The translations under genes were made by a program, and so were the position numbers. This document shows, piece by piece, positions 9,351 through 19,055 of a DNA stretch of 64,000 nt. The stretch is from Candidatus Gastranaerophilales bacterium (GTDB taxonomy: Bacteria > Cyanobacteriota > Vampirovibrionia > Gastranaerophilales > Gastranaerophilaceae), in contig CALVAW010000001.1 in assembly GCA_944325655.1 (NCBI GenBank), positions 80,651 to 144,650 on the forward strand, in the 5' to 3' direction. How positions within the stretch are numbered: position 1 is the first letter of the stretch; each line of letters begins with the position of its first letter. The notes below the pieces were generated by a model. The model had not been told where the DNA came from, made no database searches, and saw only the letters and a program-made list of their open reading frames with translations.

Positions 9351-10775
9351 TTAGAAAATAATTGTTAATTCCTCATTAGGATTAAGTGCTGATGAATTAG
9401 AAACAGAAGGTACAATTGTATATAACAATTCATCTCCGATTTCATAAATTACACCGAATGTACCTGAAATAACAGTTTTAACAATTCCGTAAACACCTTT
9501 TCCAAGTGTTACAAAAGAATTACCAAAACTTGCAACACCACGACCTAAATGTCCCGTAAATGTTTCAACGAAAGTATCAGACAATCTGTCGCCGTATTCT
9601 TCTAAACCGTTTGCAGATATATTAACAACTTGTCCTACCGAACGACCTGCAACACCTACTGTTCTTGCAGCTGCAGTAAACGGAAGTCCTAAAATTCTTG
9701 CAAATATATTTGGATTTTTTAAGCAATCCGCTTTAGCAGAAGAAAGTTCTTTCGGGAACTTAGCACAGCAGTCACCATTTTTAATTTCGGTAAACTTAAC
9801 CGTTACAGAACCTGGATGAGTTCCAAGTCCCGGTCTTTGTACTGTAACAACTTTACCGTAAACAATAGAACCGGTTGGGAATGTTTTTCCGTCAACCATA
9901 ACTTCTTCTGTAGTTTTTGCTGCAAATCTATCCCCAATATTTGAATGTTTAGCATCAATTCTATCTAACATTTTTACTTTTACTGCAACAGGAGCAGCTT
10001 TAAACGCATCACCGATTAATTTACCGTTAGCACCGTATTTTAATCTTAATTCGCCTATTAAATTTGCCACTTGATGTCTTGAAAGGTAGGGAGCTTCTAA
10101 TAAAGTACTTTCATCAGGAAGATTATCAATCAAACCTGACGCAACAACTTCTTTAGTGCAGCCGTATGCCCATGTCGGTATATTTTCAATCTTTTTACCT
10201 TTTAACATCGGAGCAGATCCGTCATTTGTATATGGAACTTCTATTAATTTTGCAACCGTAGCAAACACTTCAGCCTTTGTGATTGCTTGATCAGGCTTAA
10301 ATGACTTATCCGGATAGCCAATCATAACATCCGCTGCAGTTGCTTTTTTAATTTCTTCACTTGCCCAATACGAAGCAGTCACGTCCGTATAGTTTTTAAC
10401 TACTCCGACACTCTTCATATTTAAGCCTTCAGACAGCATATATGCTAATTCCGATCTTGAAATAGGCATTTTAATGTCAAAATCTCTATCGCCTTTTCTA
10501 ACACTCATAGCATTTAACAAATCTTTTGACCATGCATTAACATACATATTGTCTTTGTTTGTAAAGCCAATTCTGCTTTTTTGTTTAAGAACCTTTCCGC
10601 CGATTCTGTATATGCTGTCAGCATCTTTAAATTCAGTTGCATCAGCATTCATTAATGACGGGTGAGCATAAACTTCAACTTTTTCCTGATTGCAACAGGG
10701 TTGCTTTGCCATAACAACAGAACAACTCAAAAACATTGCCAGAGTTATGGACAGAATTTGCGTAGTTTTTTTCAT
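9351..10775 (-). CDS. SLH-domain envelope protein with signal peptide
   Basis: Signal peptide MKKTTQILSITLAMFLSCSVVMA. SLH motif YTDVTASYWASEEIKKATAADVMIGYPDKSFKPDQAITKAEVFATVAKL plus a second degenerate SLH. Ends ...EELTIIF (C-terminal Phe). Confidence 0.75.
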   Translation of the reverse strand: MKKTTQILSITLAMFLSCSVVMAKQPCCNQEKVEVYAHPSLMNADATEFKDADSIYRIGGKVLKQKSRIGFTNKDNMYVNAWSKDLLNAMSVRKGDRDFDIKMPISRSELAYMLSEGLNMKSVGVVKNYTDVTASYWASEEIKKATAADVMIGYPDKSFKPDQAITKAEVFATVAKLIEVPYTNDGSAPMLKGKKIENIPTWAYGCTKEVVASGLIDNLPDESTLLEAPYLSRHQVANLIGELRLKYGANGKLIGDAFKAAPVAVKVKMLDRIDAKHSNIGDRFAAKTTEEVMVDGKTFPTGSIVYGKVVTVQRPGLGTHPGSVTVKFTEIKNGDCCAKFPKELSSAKADCLKNPNIFARILGLPFTAAARTVGVAGRSVGQVVNISANGLEEYGDRLSDTFVETFTGHLGRGVASFGNSFVTLGKGVYGIVKTVISGTFGVIYEIGDELLYTIVPSVSNSSALNPNEELTIIF

Positions 10776-10875
10776 AACATACTCCTATTCTTAATGCGGA
10801 ATATTACTCCCTATAACACAAATCCATTATCCAACAATCCAAAAATATAGTCAAGAAAAAAAGTCAAAAAGCAGA

Positions 10876-12072
10876 CTATAAAAGATTTTTAATATCATTA
10901 TAAATTATAAGCGAGGCATCTTGAATTAAAGTTCTTGCAGACCAATTATTAGCAGGTCGTTTCACAAGAATTGTAACTATATATTTTTTACCGTTGTCTG
11001 TATAAACAATTCCTGTATCTCCAAGCATAGAAGCAATATCACCTGTTTTATGCAAAACCATGGTATCTTTTGGAAGCTTTTCTTTCAAAAGGTGTACATT
11101 TTTTGTATTACCCAAATATTCTTTCAAAATATTTTTATATTTAACGTTAACATAATTTGGATTATCAATATTATAAAGAACTTTTGAAATTTCACGAGCG
11201 GTAAGTTTATTTTCACCCTCTAAATCAGGAAGCCATTGTCCCATAGAAGTAACTTTTAAACCAAGATTTCTCATTGCACGGTTAAAACCATCCATTCCGC
11301 CTATTTCATACAAAATCATATTTGTTGCGGAATTATCAGAATCAGCAATCATTATATTTGCGAGATAATCAAGAGAATATATATTTCCGGCTTTTGTATA
11401 TTGCAAATTTCCCGAACCAAGCGTCCTAAACTCCTCGCTAAACGCTCTCTTATCTGTCAATTCTATAGGTTTTTGAGCATCTGCTGTTCTTTCAACCAAA
11501 CGCATCAATTCGAAAGCAATAGGTACCTTAATTATACTTGCCGAAGGATAAACCTCGTCGGAATTAATCTCCAATCCGGCACCGGTTGAATATTCCCATA
11601 CAAAAACACTTGGCTGCAAATAAGGATACTTTTGAAATAAAGTAATAAGTTTATTTTTCGTATCCGTTAATTCCGAAACAACCTGAATATCAGTAATCTC
11701 CTTGGATTTTTCAGCTTTTGACACCAATAAATTTTTATCAATTAAAAAAGAATTTTTAAAATAATCCCTTGTGGGGTAAACATAGGGTTCTATATCTATT
11801 TTTATATTTCTGTTTAAAAATCTGTTTAAAAACAAAGGTCTGAAATAATGTTCAAAAACATACGGACAAACATAAAAACTCCAAGCGCACAACAAAAGCA
11901 ACGCAAACAACGCAGCTATAAAACTTTTTTTCTTTTTGGATTTATATTTTTTTATCTTAGGTTTTTTTATCGGACTAACATAAGTATCAGCATAAGAATA
12001 ATACCCCTTACGATAGGGATCACTATAAATTTTTCTTTGGTATGAGGAAGATTTTCTTAAAGGATTTGACAA
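10876..12072 (-). CDS. membrane-anchored class A beta-lactamase-fold serine hydrolase
   Basis: TM anchor (FIAALFALLLLCAWSFYV); SxxK (SASIIKV), SDN (ADSDNSA), KTG (LHKTGDI). Confidence 0.7.
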   Translation of the reverse strand: MSNPLRKSSSYQRKIYSDPYRKGYYSYADTYVSPIKKPKIKKYKSKKKKSFIAALFALLLLCAWSFYVCPYVFEHYFRPLFLNRFLNRNIKIDIEPYVYPTRDYFKNSFLIDKNLLVSKAEKSKEITDIQVVSELTDTKNKLITLFQKYPYLQPSVFVWEYSTGAGLEINSDEVYPSASIIKVPIAFELMRLVERTADAQKPIELTDKRAFSEEFRTLGSGNLQYTKAGNIYSLDYLANIMIADSDNSATNMILYEIGGMDGFNRAMRNLGLKVTSMGQWLPDLEGENKLTAREISKVLYNIDNPNYVNVKYKNILKEYLGNTKNVHLLKEKLPKDTMVLHKTGDIASMLGDTGIVYTDNGKKYIVTILVKRPANNWSARTLIQDASLIIYNDIKNLL

Positions 12073-12211
12073 TACAATATACCCAAAAAGACTGCTGACA
12101 AATACAGTTTAATCAATTTAAAAAAATTAAACATAATATAAATGTATGAATTAAAACTTTAAAACTAAAAAATATGTTATACTTTAAATGAAAAATGATG
12201 GAGCTAAGAGC

Positions 12212-13087
12212 ATGAATATTGTTGTGTACAGCGAAAATGGCGATTCGGAACTTGCAAAATTAATTAATATTGATGACGAAACAGAATTAAGAGAATTTAA
12301 ACTAAACGAACTTGAAAATTACAAACAATACAACCCCGGTGTTTTGATTTTAGATATGGATACAGAAAAAGTAAGAGAATTTTGTGCCGTAAGAAAATTG
12401 GAATGTTCTGTTTTAATTCCTGTTAATGAAATCCCGGAATCTCTTATAGTAAGAGCTCTAAGCTATGACTACATTAAAAAACCCATAAATAAAACCGAAC
12501 TAAACATAAGAATAAAAGCTCTTTTAAAAACTTATGAAACCAAAAAAGAATTGGTAAAATCCGCTATTTGCGATGAGCTTACCGGATTGTATAACAGAAA
12601 ATACCTTCACCACAGGCTTGATGCCGAAATATCCCGTTCAAAAAGGTACGGAACACCTGTTTCCTGCTTACTAATTGATATTGATTATTTCAAAATAGTA
12701 AATGATATGTACGGATATGACTGGGGAGATATTTTACTTAAAAAAATAGCTCAAATGCTTAATGCTCTCGTAAGAAAAGAAGACGTCCTTACAAGATACG
12801 GGGACGAAGAATTTATTGTAATTCTGCCTGAAACCACAGAACAACAAGCAATGATTTTTGCAGAGCGTTTCAGACATGATGTTGAAAAAATGGAATTTAT
12901 TCCCGCTAACGAAGAAGAACGTCATCCAATAACAATATCCGGCGGAATTGCTTCATTCCCCTGTGATGGAGATATTGAAGAAAATTCAAACACTTTAATT
13001 CGCTACGCAGAACACGCTTTATATAATGCAAAACAATCAGGTAAAAACAAAATAATTGAATTTTCAAAAATGAATTTGGGATGCTAA
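12212..13087 (+). CDS. receiver-like domain + GGDEF domain protein (non-canonical GDEEF A-site)
   Basis: GGDEF-domain hallmarks DELTGLYNR, DIDYFKIVND, RKED-x5-GDEEF. Start chosen at the ATG preceded by GGAG (12199-12202); the track ORF begins at 12188. Confidence 0.8.
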   Translation: MNIVVYSENGDSELAKLINIDDETELREFKLNELENYKQYNPGVLILDMDTEKVREFCAVRKLECSVLIPVNEIPESLIVRALSYDYIKKPINKTELNIRIKALLKTYETKKELVKSAICDELTGLYNRKYLHHRLDAEISRSKRYGTPVSCLLIDIDYFKIVNDMYGYDWGDILLKKIAQMLNALVRKEDVLTRYGDEEFIVILPETTEQQAMIFAERFRHDVEKMEFIPANEEERHPITISGGIASFPCDGDIEENSNTLIRYAEHALYNAKQSGKNKIIEFSKMNLGC

Positions 13088-13123
13088 GATTAGCCCAATT
13101 CAGCTATTTAAAAAATAATTAAA

Positions 13124-14458
13124 ATGCTAAAAAATTCTTGTATGAAATTTTTTAGCATTTTAATTATAATTTCGATGCAATTTTTAAATTGCGCATTTTC
13201 AAGCGCAATTACTCCTAATATTGATTTTTTTAAAAATTTTAATGATGAATTTTTAACTTTATACATAACAAAAGCGCTGGAAAATAATCATGATTTAAAA
13301 CAAACCAATCATAAAGTCGAACAATACAGACTGGAAATCAAAAAATCATTCTCACAAGAATTGCCGCAACTATCTGTTGCGGGAAACTATTTAGGTGCTC
13401 ATTTTCCACAAGGAGATATGAACTTTTTATTAAGTAGAAATTCTTTTATCTTGCCTTTTAAGACCAGTTATGAACCTGATTTTCTACTAAAAAACAGAGA
13501 CAAAACAAAATCGGCTAAAAAACTATATCAAGCACAACTTGCAAACCAAAAAACCGCATATATTTCTCTTTTAAGTGATGTTGCAAGCGCATATATAAAC
13601 ATTTTACTTTTCGACAGTCTTATAAAAAAACAATATTTAATATTAAAAAACAGTGAAGAAAATTTTTTAAAAAACGAAAATAAATATAAATACGGCATAA
13701 TAGATTCTAGCGAATTAAACAATATTAAACAAGAACTTATCAACCAAAAAACCATACTCGAAAATCTTATTAAAAATCAAAAATCGATTATTTTTAATTT
13801 CTGTACATTAATCGGAGAAAGCCCTGCTAATTCAAGTGATATAAAAAGAAGCACTCTTGAAAACTTTGAATATACAAAAGTTATCCCTGAAACAATAAGC
13901 AGTGACTTAATCTATAATCGTCCCGATTTAATTGAAATAGAAAATAAATTAAAAAGCGCAAAAATTGATATAAGAATTGCAAAAAAAGAATTTTTTCCCA
14001 CATTTGCAATTAACGGTTTTCTTGCATTTGACACCGCCGGATGCGGCAATTTCTTTTCTTGGGAATCTTCATTTGCATTTTTACTTGCGGGATTAACACA
14101 AGATATTTTCACAGGCGGCAAGAAAATTGCCAATTTGAAAATAAAAAAAGCTCGTTTTGAAGAACTTTTTGAAATGTACAAACAAGCAGACTTAAATGCA
14201 ATTAAAGAAGTAAATAATGCGTTAAATATTATTAAATATGACAAAAAAACAGAACAAAACGCAAAATATGAGATGTATTTAGAAGAAAAAAATTTTAAAA
14301 ATTCCGATAAAAAATTAAAAAGAGGAACTATATCAAAAATAGATTTTCTCAAATCAGAAATAACACTAAATCAAAAAGAACAACTTTTTGCAAACTCTAA
14401 AGCATCAAGACTAACAAGTTATATCACATTATATAAAGCTCTGGGCGGTCAACTATGA
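13124..14458 (+). CDS. TolC-family outer membrane efflux protein
   Basis: Signal peptide, two-fold repeat architecture, NRPDLIEIENKLKSAKIDIRIAKKEFFP motif typical of outer membrane factors. Confidence 0.8.
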   Translation: MLKNSCMKFFSILIIISMQFLNCAFSSAITPNIDFFKNFNDEFLTLYITKALENNHDLKQTNHKVEQYRLEIKKSFSQELPQLSVAGNYLGAHFPQGDMNFLLSRNSFILPFKTSYEPDFLLKNRDKTKSAKKLYQAQLANQKTAYISLLSDVASAYINILLFDSLIKKQYLILKNSEENFLKNENKYKYGIIDSSELNNIKQELINQKTILENLIKNQKSIIFNFCTLIGESPANSSDIKRSTLENFEYTKVIPETISSDLIYNRPDLIEIENKLKSAKIDIRIAKKEFFPTFAINGFLAFDTAGCGNFFSWESSFAFLLAGLTQDIFTGGKKIANLKIKKARFEELFEMYKQADLNAIKEVNNALNIIKYDKKTEQNAKYEMYLEEKNFKNSDKKLKRGTISKIDFLKSEITLNQKEQLFANSKASRLTSYITLYKALGGQL

Positions 14459-15303
14459 AAAAAATAATTATAGTAGCGGTAATTTTAATAATTATATCAA
14501 TACTTACATTTTTTATTGTTTTATTTTTTAAACAAAAACCAAACATTATAGAAACCTTCGGTAATATTGAAATAAGACAGGTGGATTTATCTTTTCAAGT
14601 TTCGGGAGTATTAAACAAATTATATAAAGAAGAAGGAGACTGCGTAAAGAAAGGCGAACTTATTGCAACAATTGATGATAAAGACTATGTTGCCAATTAT
14701 AAAAAAGCAATTTATCAGGAAAAAAGCTCTCTGGCTCAAGCAAAAGATGATACGTCAAAATTCAAAAGAAATTATCCTTTATGTTTTGATGATACTGTTT
14801 CAAAAGAAGAATGCGAAGCACTTTTAAACAAAAAAAATTACTCAATTGCAAAATATAAAGAAAATACCGCAAACAGAATTTATCAAAAAAATCAATTGGA
14901 TTACACAAAACTATATGCACCTCAAGATGGCATAATAACTACCAGAGCTCAAGAAAAAGGTGCATTTTTAAATGCATCTCAAATAGTTTATGTAATGAGT
15001 TTAAATAATCCTGTTTGGGTTAGAACATACATAAAAGAAACTGATTTAGGAAACATTAAATACGGTCAAGTTGCTCACGTTTACACAGACACGCTCGACC
15101 CTAAAACCAAAAAGAAAAAAGAATACACCGGCTACATAGGCTACATATCACCAGTGGCGGAATTTACTCCAAAAACAGTTCAAACCGAAGACTTAAGGGT
15201 TGATCTTGTATATAGGATAAGAGTATATATTTATGAAACAGATAAATATTTAAGACAAGGCATGCCGGTAACAATCAAAATTAATCTTGATGAGGTAGGC
15301 TAA
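14455..15303 (+). CDS. HlyD-family periplasmic adaptor (YbhG-like)
   Basis: N-terminal TM, lipoyl-like hairpins (GDCVKKGELIATIDD ... LYAPQDGIITT), 4-nt overlap with the upstream gene. Confidence 0.8.
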   Translation: MKKIIIVAVILIIISILTFFIVLFFKQKPNIIETFGNIEIRQVDLSFQVSGVLNKLYKEEGDCVKKGELIATIDDKDYVANYKKAIYQEKSSLAQAKDDTSKFKRNYPLCFDDTVSKEECEALLNKKNYSIAKYKENTANRIYQKNQLDYTKLYAPQDGIITTRAQEKGAFLNASQIVYVMSLNNPVWVRTYIKETDLGNIKYGQVAHVYTDTLDPKTKKKKEYTGYIGYISPVAEFTPKTVQTEDLRVDLVYRIRVYIYETDKYLRQGMPVTIKINLDEVG

Positions 15304-15304
15304 A

Positions 15305-16792
15305 GTGGCTAACTGTATTGAAATCAACTCGCTTACAAAAACATTTGAAAACCATAATGCTGTTGAAAATATAAACCTAAAACTTGAAAAGGGCAAAATA
15401 ATTGCTCTTTTAGGAGCGGACGGGGCCGGCAAAACAACTCTTTTAAGGCTAATTATGGGGCTTATTTGTCCTACGGAAGGAAGCATTTTAACACTAAATT
15501 TTAATCCGGTACAAGAAAAAGAAAAAATTGTTAAAATTGCAGGATATATGCCGCAAAAATTCGGACTGTACGAAGATTTAACCGTAATTGAAAATTTAAA
15601 ATTATATTCAAAATTAAAAAAAGAAGAAAGTAATTTTGATGAGCTGCTTGAATTTACCAAACTGAAACCTTTTGAAAAAAGGCTCGCAGGGCGCTTATCC
15701 GGCGGCATGAAGCAAAAGCTCGGACTTGCCTGCGCTCTAATCGGAAAACCTGAACTTTTAATACTTGATGAACCGTCTGTGGGAGTAGACCCTATTTCAA
15801 GAGTTGATTTATTAAACCTTGTTAAAAAAAGTATAGATAAAAATACAAGCGTGATTTGGTCAAGCTCTTATTTAGACGAAGCTTTTAACTTTGATTTAAG
15901 CATTATTCTGGACAAAGGCAAAATAATTTTTCAAGGAAATACAAAGTTTTTAGGAGAAAATCCCGAAAAATTTGAAAAAAAAGTTATTGGCTTAATGGGA
16001 GGATATACCGAAAAACCCTCCGAAATAGCAAAAAATTACCATATTGAACCATATAAAGAAAATTGTAGAGTTTTAGCCGAAAACTTATCAAAACGTTACG
16101 GAAACTTCTGGGCCGTTAAAAACAATTCCTTTTGCATTCAAAAAGGAGAAATTTTTGGACTCTTGGGTCCAAACGGTGCGGGAAAATCTACTACATTTAA
16201 AATGATGTGTGCACTAATTAAACCCACGAGCGGCAAAGGCTATATAATGGGAACAGATGTTTCAAAAAACCCCGCTAAAGCAAGAAATTATCTTGGATAT
16301 ATGGCACAAAAATTTTCTCTGTATTCAAGATTATCCGTATTGGATAATTTAAATTTTTTTTCAGGAGCATACGGACTTTATGGAAAAGAAAAAAAAGAAA
16401 AAATAAACAAAATAATTAAAGTATTTGAATTGGAAGAATACAAAAATACAATTACTTCATTATTACCGCTTGGTTTTAAACAAAGACTTTCTCTCGGCTG
16501 TGCATTAATTCATCAACCGCCGATTTTGTTTTTAGACGAGCCGACATCAGGGGTTGATATAATTCAAAGAAAAGAATTTTGGACACATATAAAAACTTTA
16601 TCAAAAATGGGAGTTAGCGTTCTTGTTACAACGCACTTTATGGATGAAGCAAAATTTTGTGACAATATCAGCCTATTCTACAATGGAGAAATTGTAGCTC
16701 TTGATACTCCGTCAAATTTAATTAAAAAATCCAATGCTAAAAACATGAATGAAGCTTTTTTTAACATTATCAAAGGAGCAAAAGAAGCATGA
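15305..16792 (+). CDS. ABC transporter ATPase with two fused nucleotide-binding domains (YbhF-like)
   Basis: Two Walker A (GADGAGKTT, GPNGAGKST), two signatures (LSGGMKQK, FKQRLSL), two Walker B (LILDEP, LFLDEP). GTG start with SD GAGGTAGG. Confidence 0.9.
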   Translation: MANCIEINSLTKTFENHNAVENINLKLEKGKIIALLGADGAGKTTLLRLIMGLICPTEGSILTLNFNPVQEKEKIVKIAGYMPQKFGLYEDLTVIENLKLYSKLKKEESNFDELLEFTKLKPFEKRLAGRLSGGMKQKLGLACALIGKPELLILDEPSVGVDPISRVDLLNLVKKSIDKNTSVIWSSSYLDEAFNFDLSIILDKGKIIFQGNTKFLGENPEKFEKKVIGLMGGYTEKPSEIAKNYHIEPYKENCRVLAENLSKRYGNFWAVKNNSFCIQKGEIFGLLGPNGAGKSTTFKMMCALIKPTSGKGYIMGTDVSKNPAKARNYLGYMAQKFSLYSRLSVLDNLNFFSGAYGLYGKEKKEKINKIIKVFELEEYKNTITSLLPLGFKQRLSLGCALIHQPPILFLDEPTSGVDIIQRKEFWTHIKTLSKMGVSVLVTTHFMDEAKFCDNISLFYNGEIVALDTPSNLIKKSNAKNMNEAFFNIIKGAKEA

Positions 16793-17916
16793 AGATTTAT
16801 TTTGCCCTTATTCAAAAAGAATTCTACCAAATTATAAGAGACTTCTCCAGTATTTTAATCGCTTTTATCCTGCCTTTAATAATTCTTATTTTATATCGCT
16901 GGGGGGTTAATTTAGACACAGTTAAAATAACACTCGGAATAAAAAATGATGATATTAATCCGAAATTATCAACTCTTATAAATTCTTTTGACCACAGTGA
17001 CTATATTAAAAGTCAATATTTTTTTAATAAAGATGAAATGTACAAAAAAATTCAAAATTCATACCTTAAAGGAGCAATAATTTTTCCGAACGACTTCACA
17101 AAAAATCTCATTAAACAAACGCCTGCAAGTGTATTTGTAATAACTGACGGTTCCGAAGCAAATCTGGCAAATTATGTACAAAATTATTGCGGTGAAATAG
17201 TAAAAAATTGGCTTAACGAATCCTCTGACTTTAAATATACAACCTCAAAAGATCTCATATCGGCAGATACCAGATTTTGGTACAATCAAGACATAAATTC
17301 CCATCTTTTCATTTTACCGGGGTCTCTTGCGGTTACAATGAATTTAATAGGCATGCTGCTCACGGCACTTGTTATTTCAAGGGAATGGGAGAGAGGAACG
17401 ATTGAATCTCTTTATGCTACTAATATAACCAGAATGAACTTTGTTATAGGAAAATATATTCCTTATTTTATCTTAGGAATGGCTTCATTAATGTTTAATG
17501 TTTTTCTTTGTATAAAAGTTTTTCAAATTCCTTTTAAGGGAAATTTGCTCATCCTGTTTTTTGTAGGCGGTTTATATCTTTTTTGTTGCCTTGGAGTGGG
17601 GCTTGCAATCAGTTCTTCATACAAAGAACAATTTTCTTCTTCTCAAATGGCACTTTCTTTCGGACTTTTGCCCGCTCTGATGTTATCCGGCTTAATTTAT
17701 CCGATTTCCTCAATGCCTGCTTTTTTTCAATATTTAACCATGATATTACCGCCGAGATACTTCATCACCTTTATACAAAGTGAATTTATGGCAGGAACAA
17801 TACCAAAAATCGTAATAATTAATTCGGTTTTCATGAGCATACTTGGAATACTTTTATTTCTACTTGTTTATAAAAACATAAATTTGAGGTTGGAAAAATG
17901 CAAAACACATTCATAA
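16789..17916 (+). CDS. ABC-2 type transporter permease
   Basis: N-terminal TM, large periplasmic loop, five C-terminal TMs, SREWERGTIE motif. Overlaps the ATPase gene by 4 nt. Confidence 0.85.
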   Translation: MKIYFALIQKEFYQIIRDFSSILIAFILPLIILILYRWGVNLDTVKITLGIKNDDINPKLSTLINSFDHSDYIKSQYFFNKDEMYKKIQNSYLKGAIIFPNDFTKNLIKQTPASVFVITDGSEANLANYVQNYCGEIVKNWLNESSDFKYTTSKDLISADTRFWYNQDINSHLFILPGSLAVTMNLIGMLLTALVISREWERGTIESLYATNITRMNFVIGKYIPYFILGMASLMFNVFLCIKVFQIPFKGNLLILFFVGGLYLFCCLGVGLAISSSYKEQFSSSQMALSFGLLPALMLSGLIYPISSMPAFFQYLTMILPPRYFITFIQSEFMAGTIPKIVIINSVFMSILGILLFLLVYKNINLRLEKCKTHS

Positions 17917-19016
17917 GAATAAAAGCTCTCATAAAAAAAGAGTTTCTTGCAATATTTAAAGACCCGAAAAACAGGGCTTTAATTATATTTCCGCCAATTA
18001 TACAGCTCTTTATTTTTGCCCATGCAATAACATTGGAAGTAAGAAACATAGATATTTCGGTATTAGATTACTCAAATACTCAATATTCAAGGGAGCTTAT
18101 TTCAAGATTTCATAATTCAAAATGGTTCAGAAAAATTCGAAACAGAAATACCATATCAGAACTGAAAAATGATATCGATTTAAAAAATTCACAATTGGGA
18201 ATTATCATTCAAAATGATTTCGCAAAAAAAATAAATGAAAAAACCCCGACAAAAATTCTTATTATAACAGACGGCAGACAAACTAATTCGGCAAGCATTA
18301 TCTCAGGATATGCAAACCAAATAGTAGGCACGTACAGCAGCGAACTGGAAAAGAAATTTAATATTAAAAAAAGTACCATTAATATAATTACAAGAAATTG
18401 GTTTAATCCCAATATTGAATATAAGTGGTTTTTAACAGTAAGCATGATTGTAATGTTATCACTTGTTTTAAGTCTGCTTTTGAGCGCTCTTTCAATTGCA
18501 AGAGAAAGAGAACTCGGAACATTTGAACAATTAATGGTAAGCCCTTTAAATAATGATGAAATATTAATCGCAAAAACCATACCGCCTTTAATTGTGGCAT
18601 TTATTTCCGGAATAGTTATAACTCTTATAATAATTTACTTGTTTAAAGTTCCTTTTTCAGGCTCAATATTCCTTTACATCATTTCAATGATTGTCTCACT
18701 TTTATCAATAGTCGGTGTGGGGTTATTTATTTCATCCCTTGCCTTTACTCAACAACAAGCTATATTAGGGGTTTTTGCTTTTCAAATGCCTGCGGTTTTG
18801 CTTTCCGGATTTGTTTCTCCAATCGAAGACATGCCAAAATTTTTTCAATATATAAGTTCGCTAAATCCTCTAAGATATTTTATGCTTATAACAAAAGGAA
18901 TATATTTTAAAAATATGGATGCACTAACAGTGATTAAAAATCTAATACCTTTGGTCATTATTGCGATTGTGACTCTTTCAATTGCAAGATGGAGTTTTAA
19001 AAGACAAGCAGAATAA
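17898..19016 (+). CDS. ABC-2 type transporter permease (second paralog)
   Basis: Same architecture, ARERELGTFE motif. 19-nt overlap with the previous permease gene. Confidence 0.85.
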   Translation: MQNTFIRIKALIKKEFLAIFKDPKNRALIIFPPIIQLFIFAHAITLEVRNIDISVLDYSNTQYSRELISRFHNSKWFRKIRNRNTISELKNDIDLKNSQLGIIIQNDFAKKINEKTPTKILIITDGRQTNSASIISGYANQIVGTYSSELEKKFNIKKSTINIITRNWFNPNIEYKWFLTVSMIVMLSLVLSLLLSALSIARERELGTFEQLMVSPLNNDEILIAKTIPPLIVAFISGIVITLIIIYLFKVPFSGSIFLYIISMIVSLLSIVGVGLFISSLAFTQQQAILGVFAFQMPAVLLSGFVSPIEDMPKFFQYISSLNPLRYFMLITKGIYFKNMDALTVIKNLIPLVIIAIVTLSIARWSFKRQAE

Positions 19017-19040
19017 AAAGAGGGGATATCCCCTCTTTTT
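19015..19040. terminator. bidirectional rho-independent terminator between convergent genes
   Basis: AAAAAGAGGGGAT/ATCCCCTCTTTTT perfect palindrome, A-tract and T-tract on either side. Confidence 0.8.
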
Positions 19041-19055
19041 ATTTATCCGTAATAT

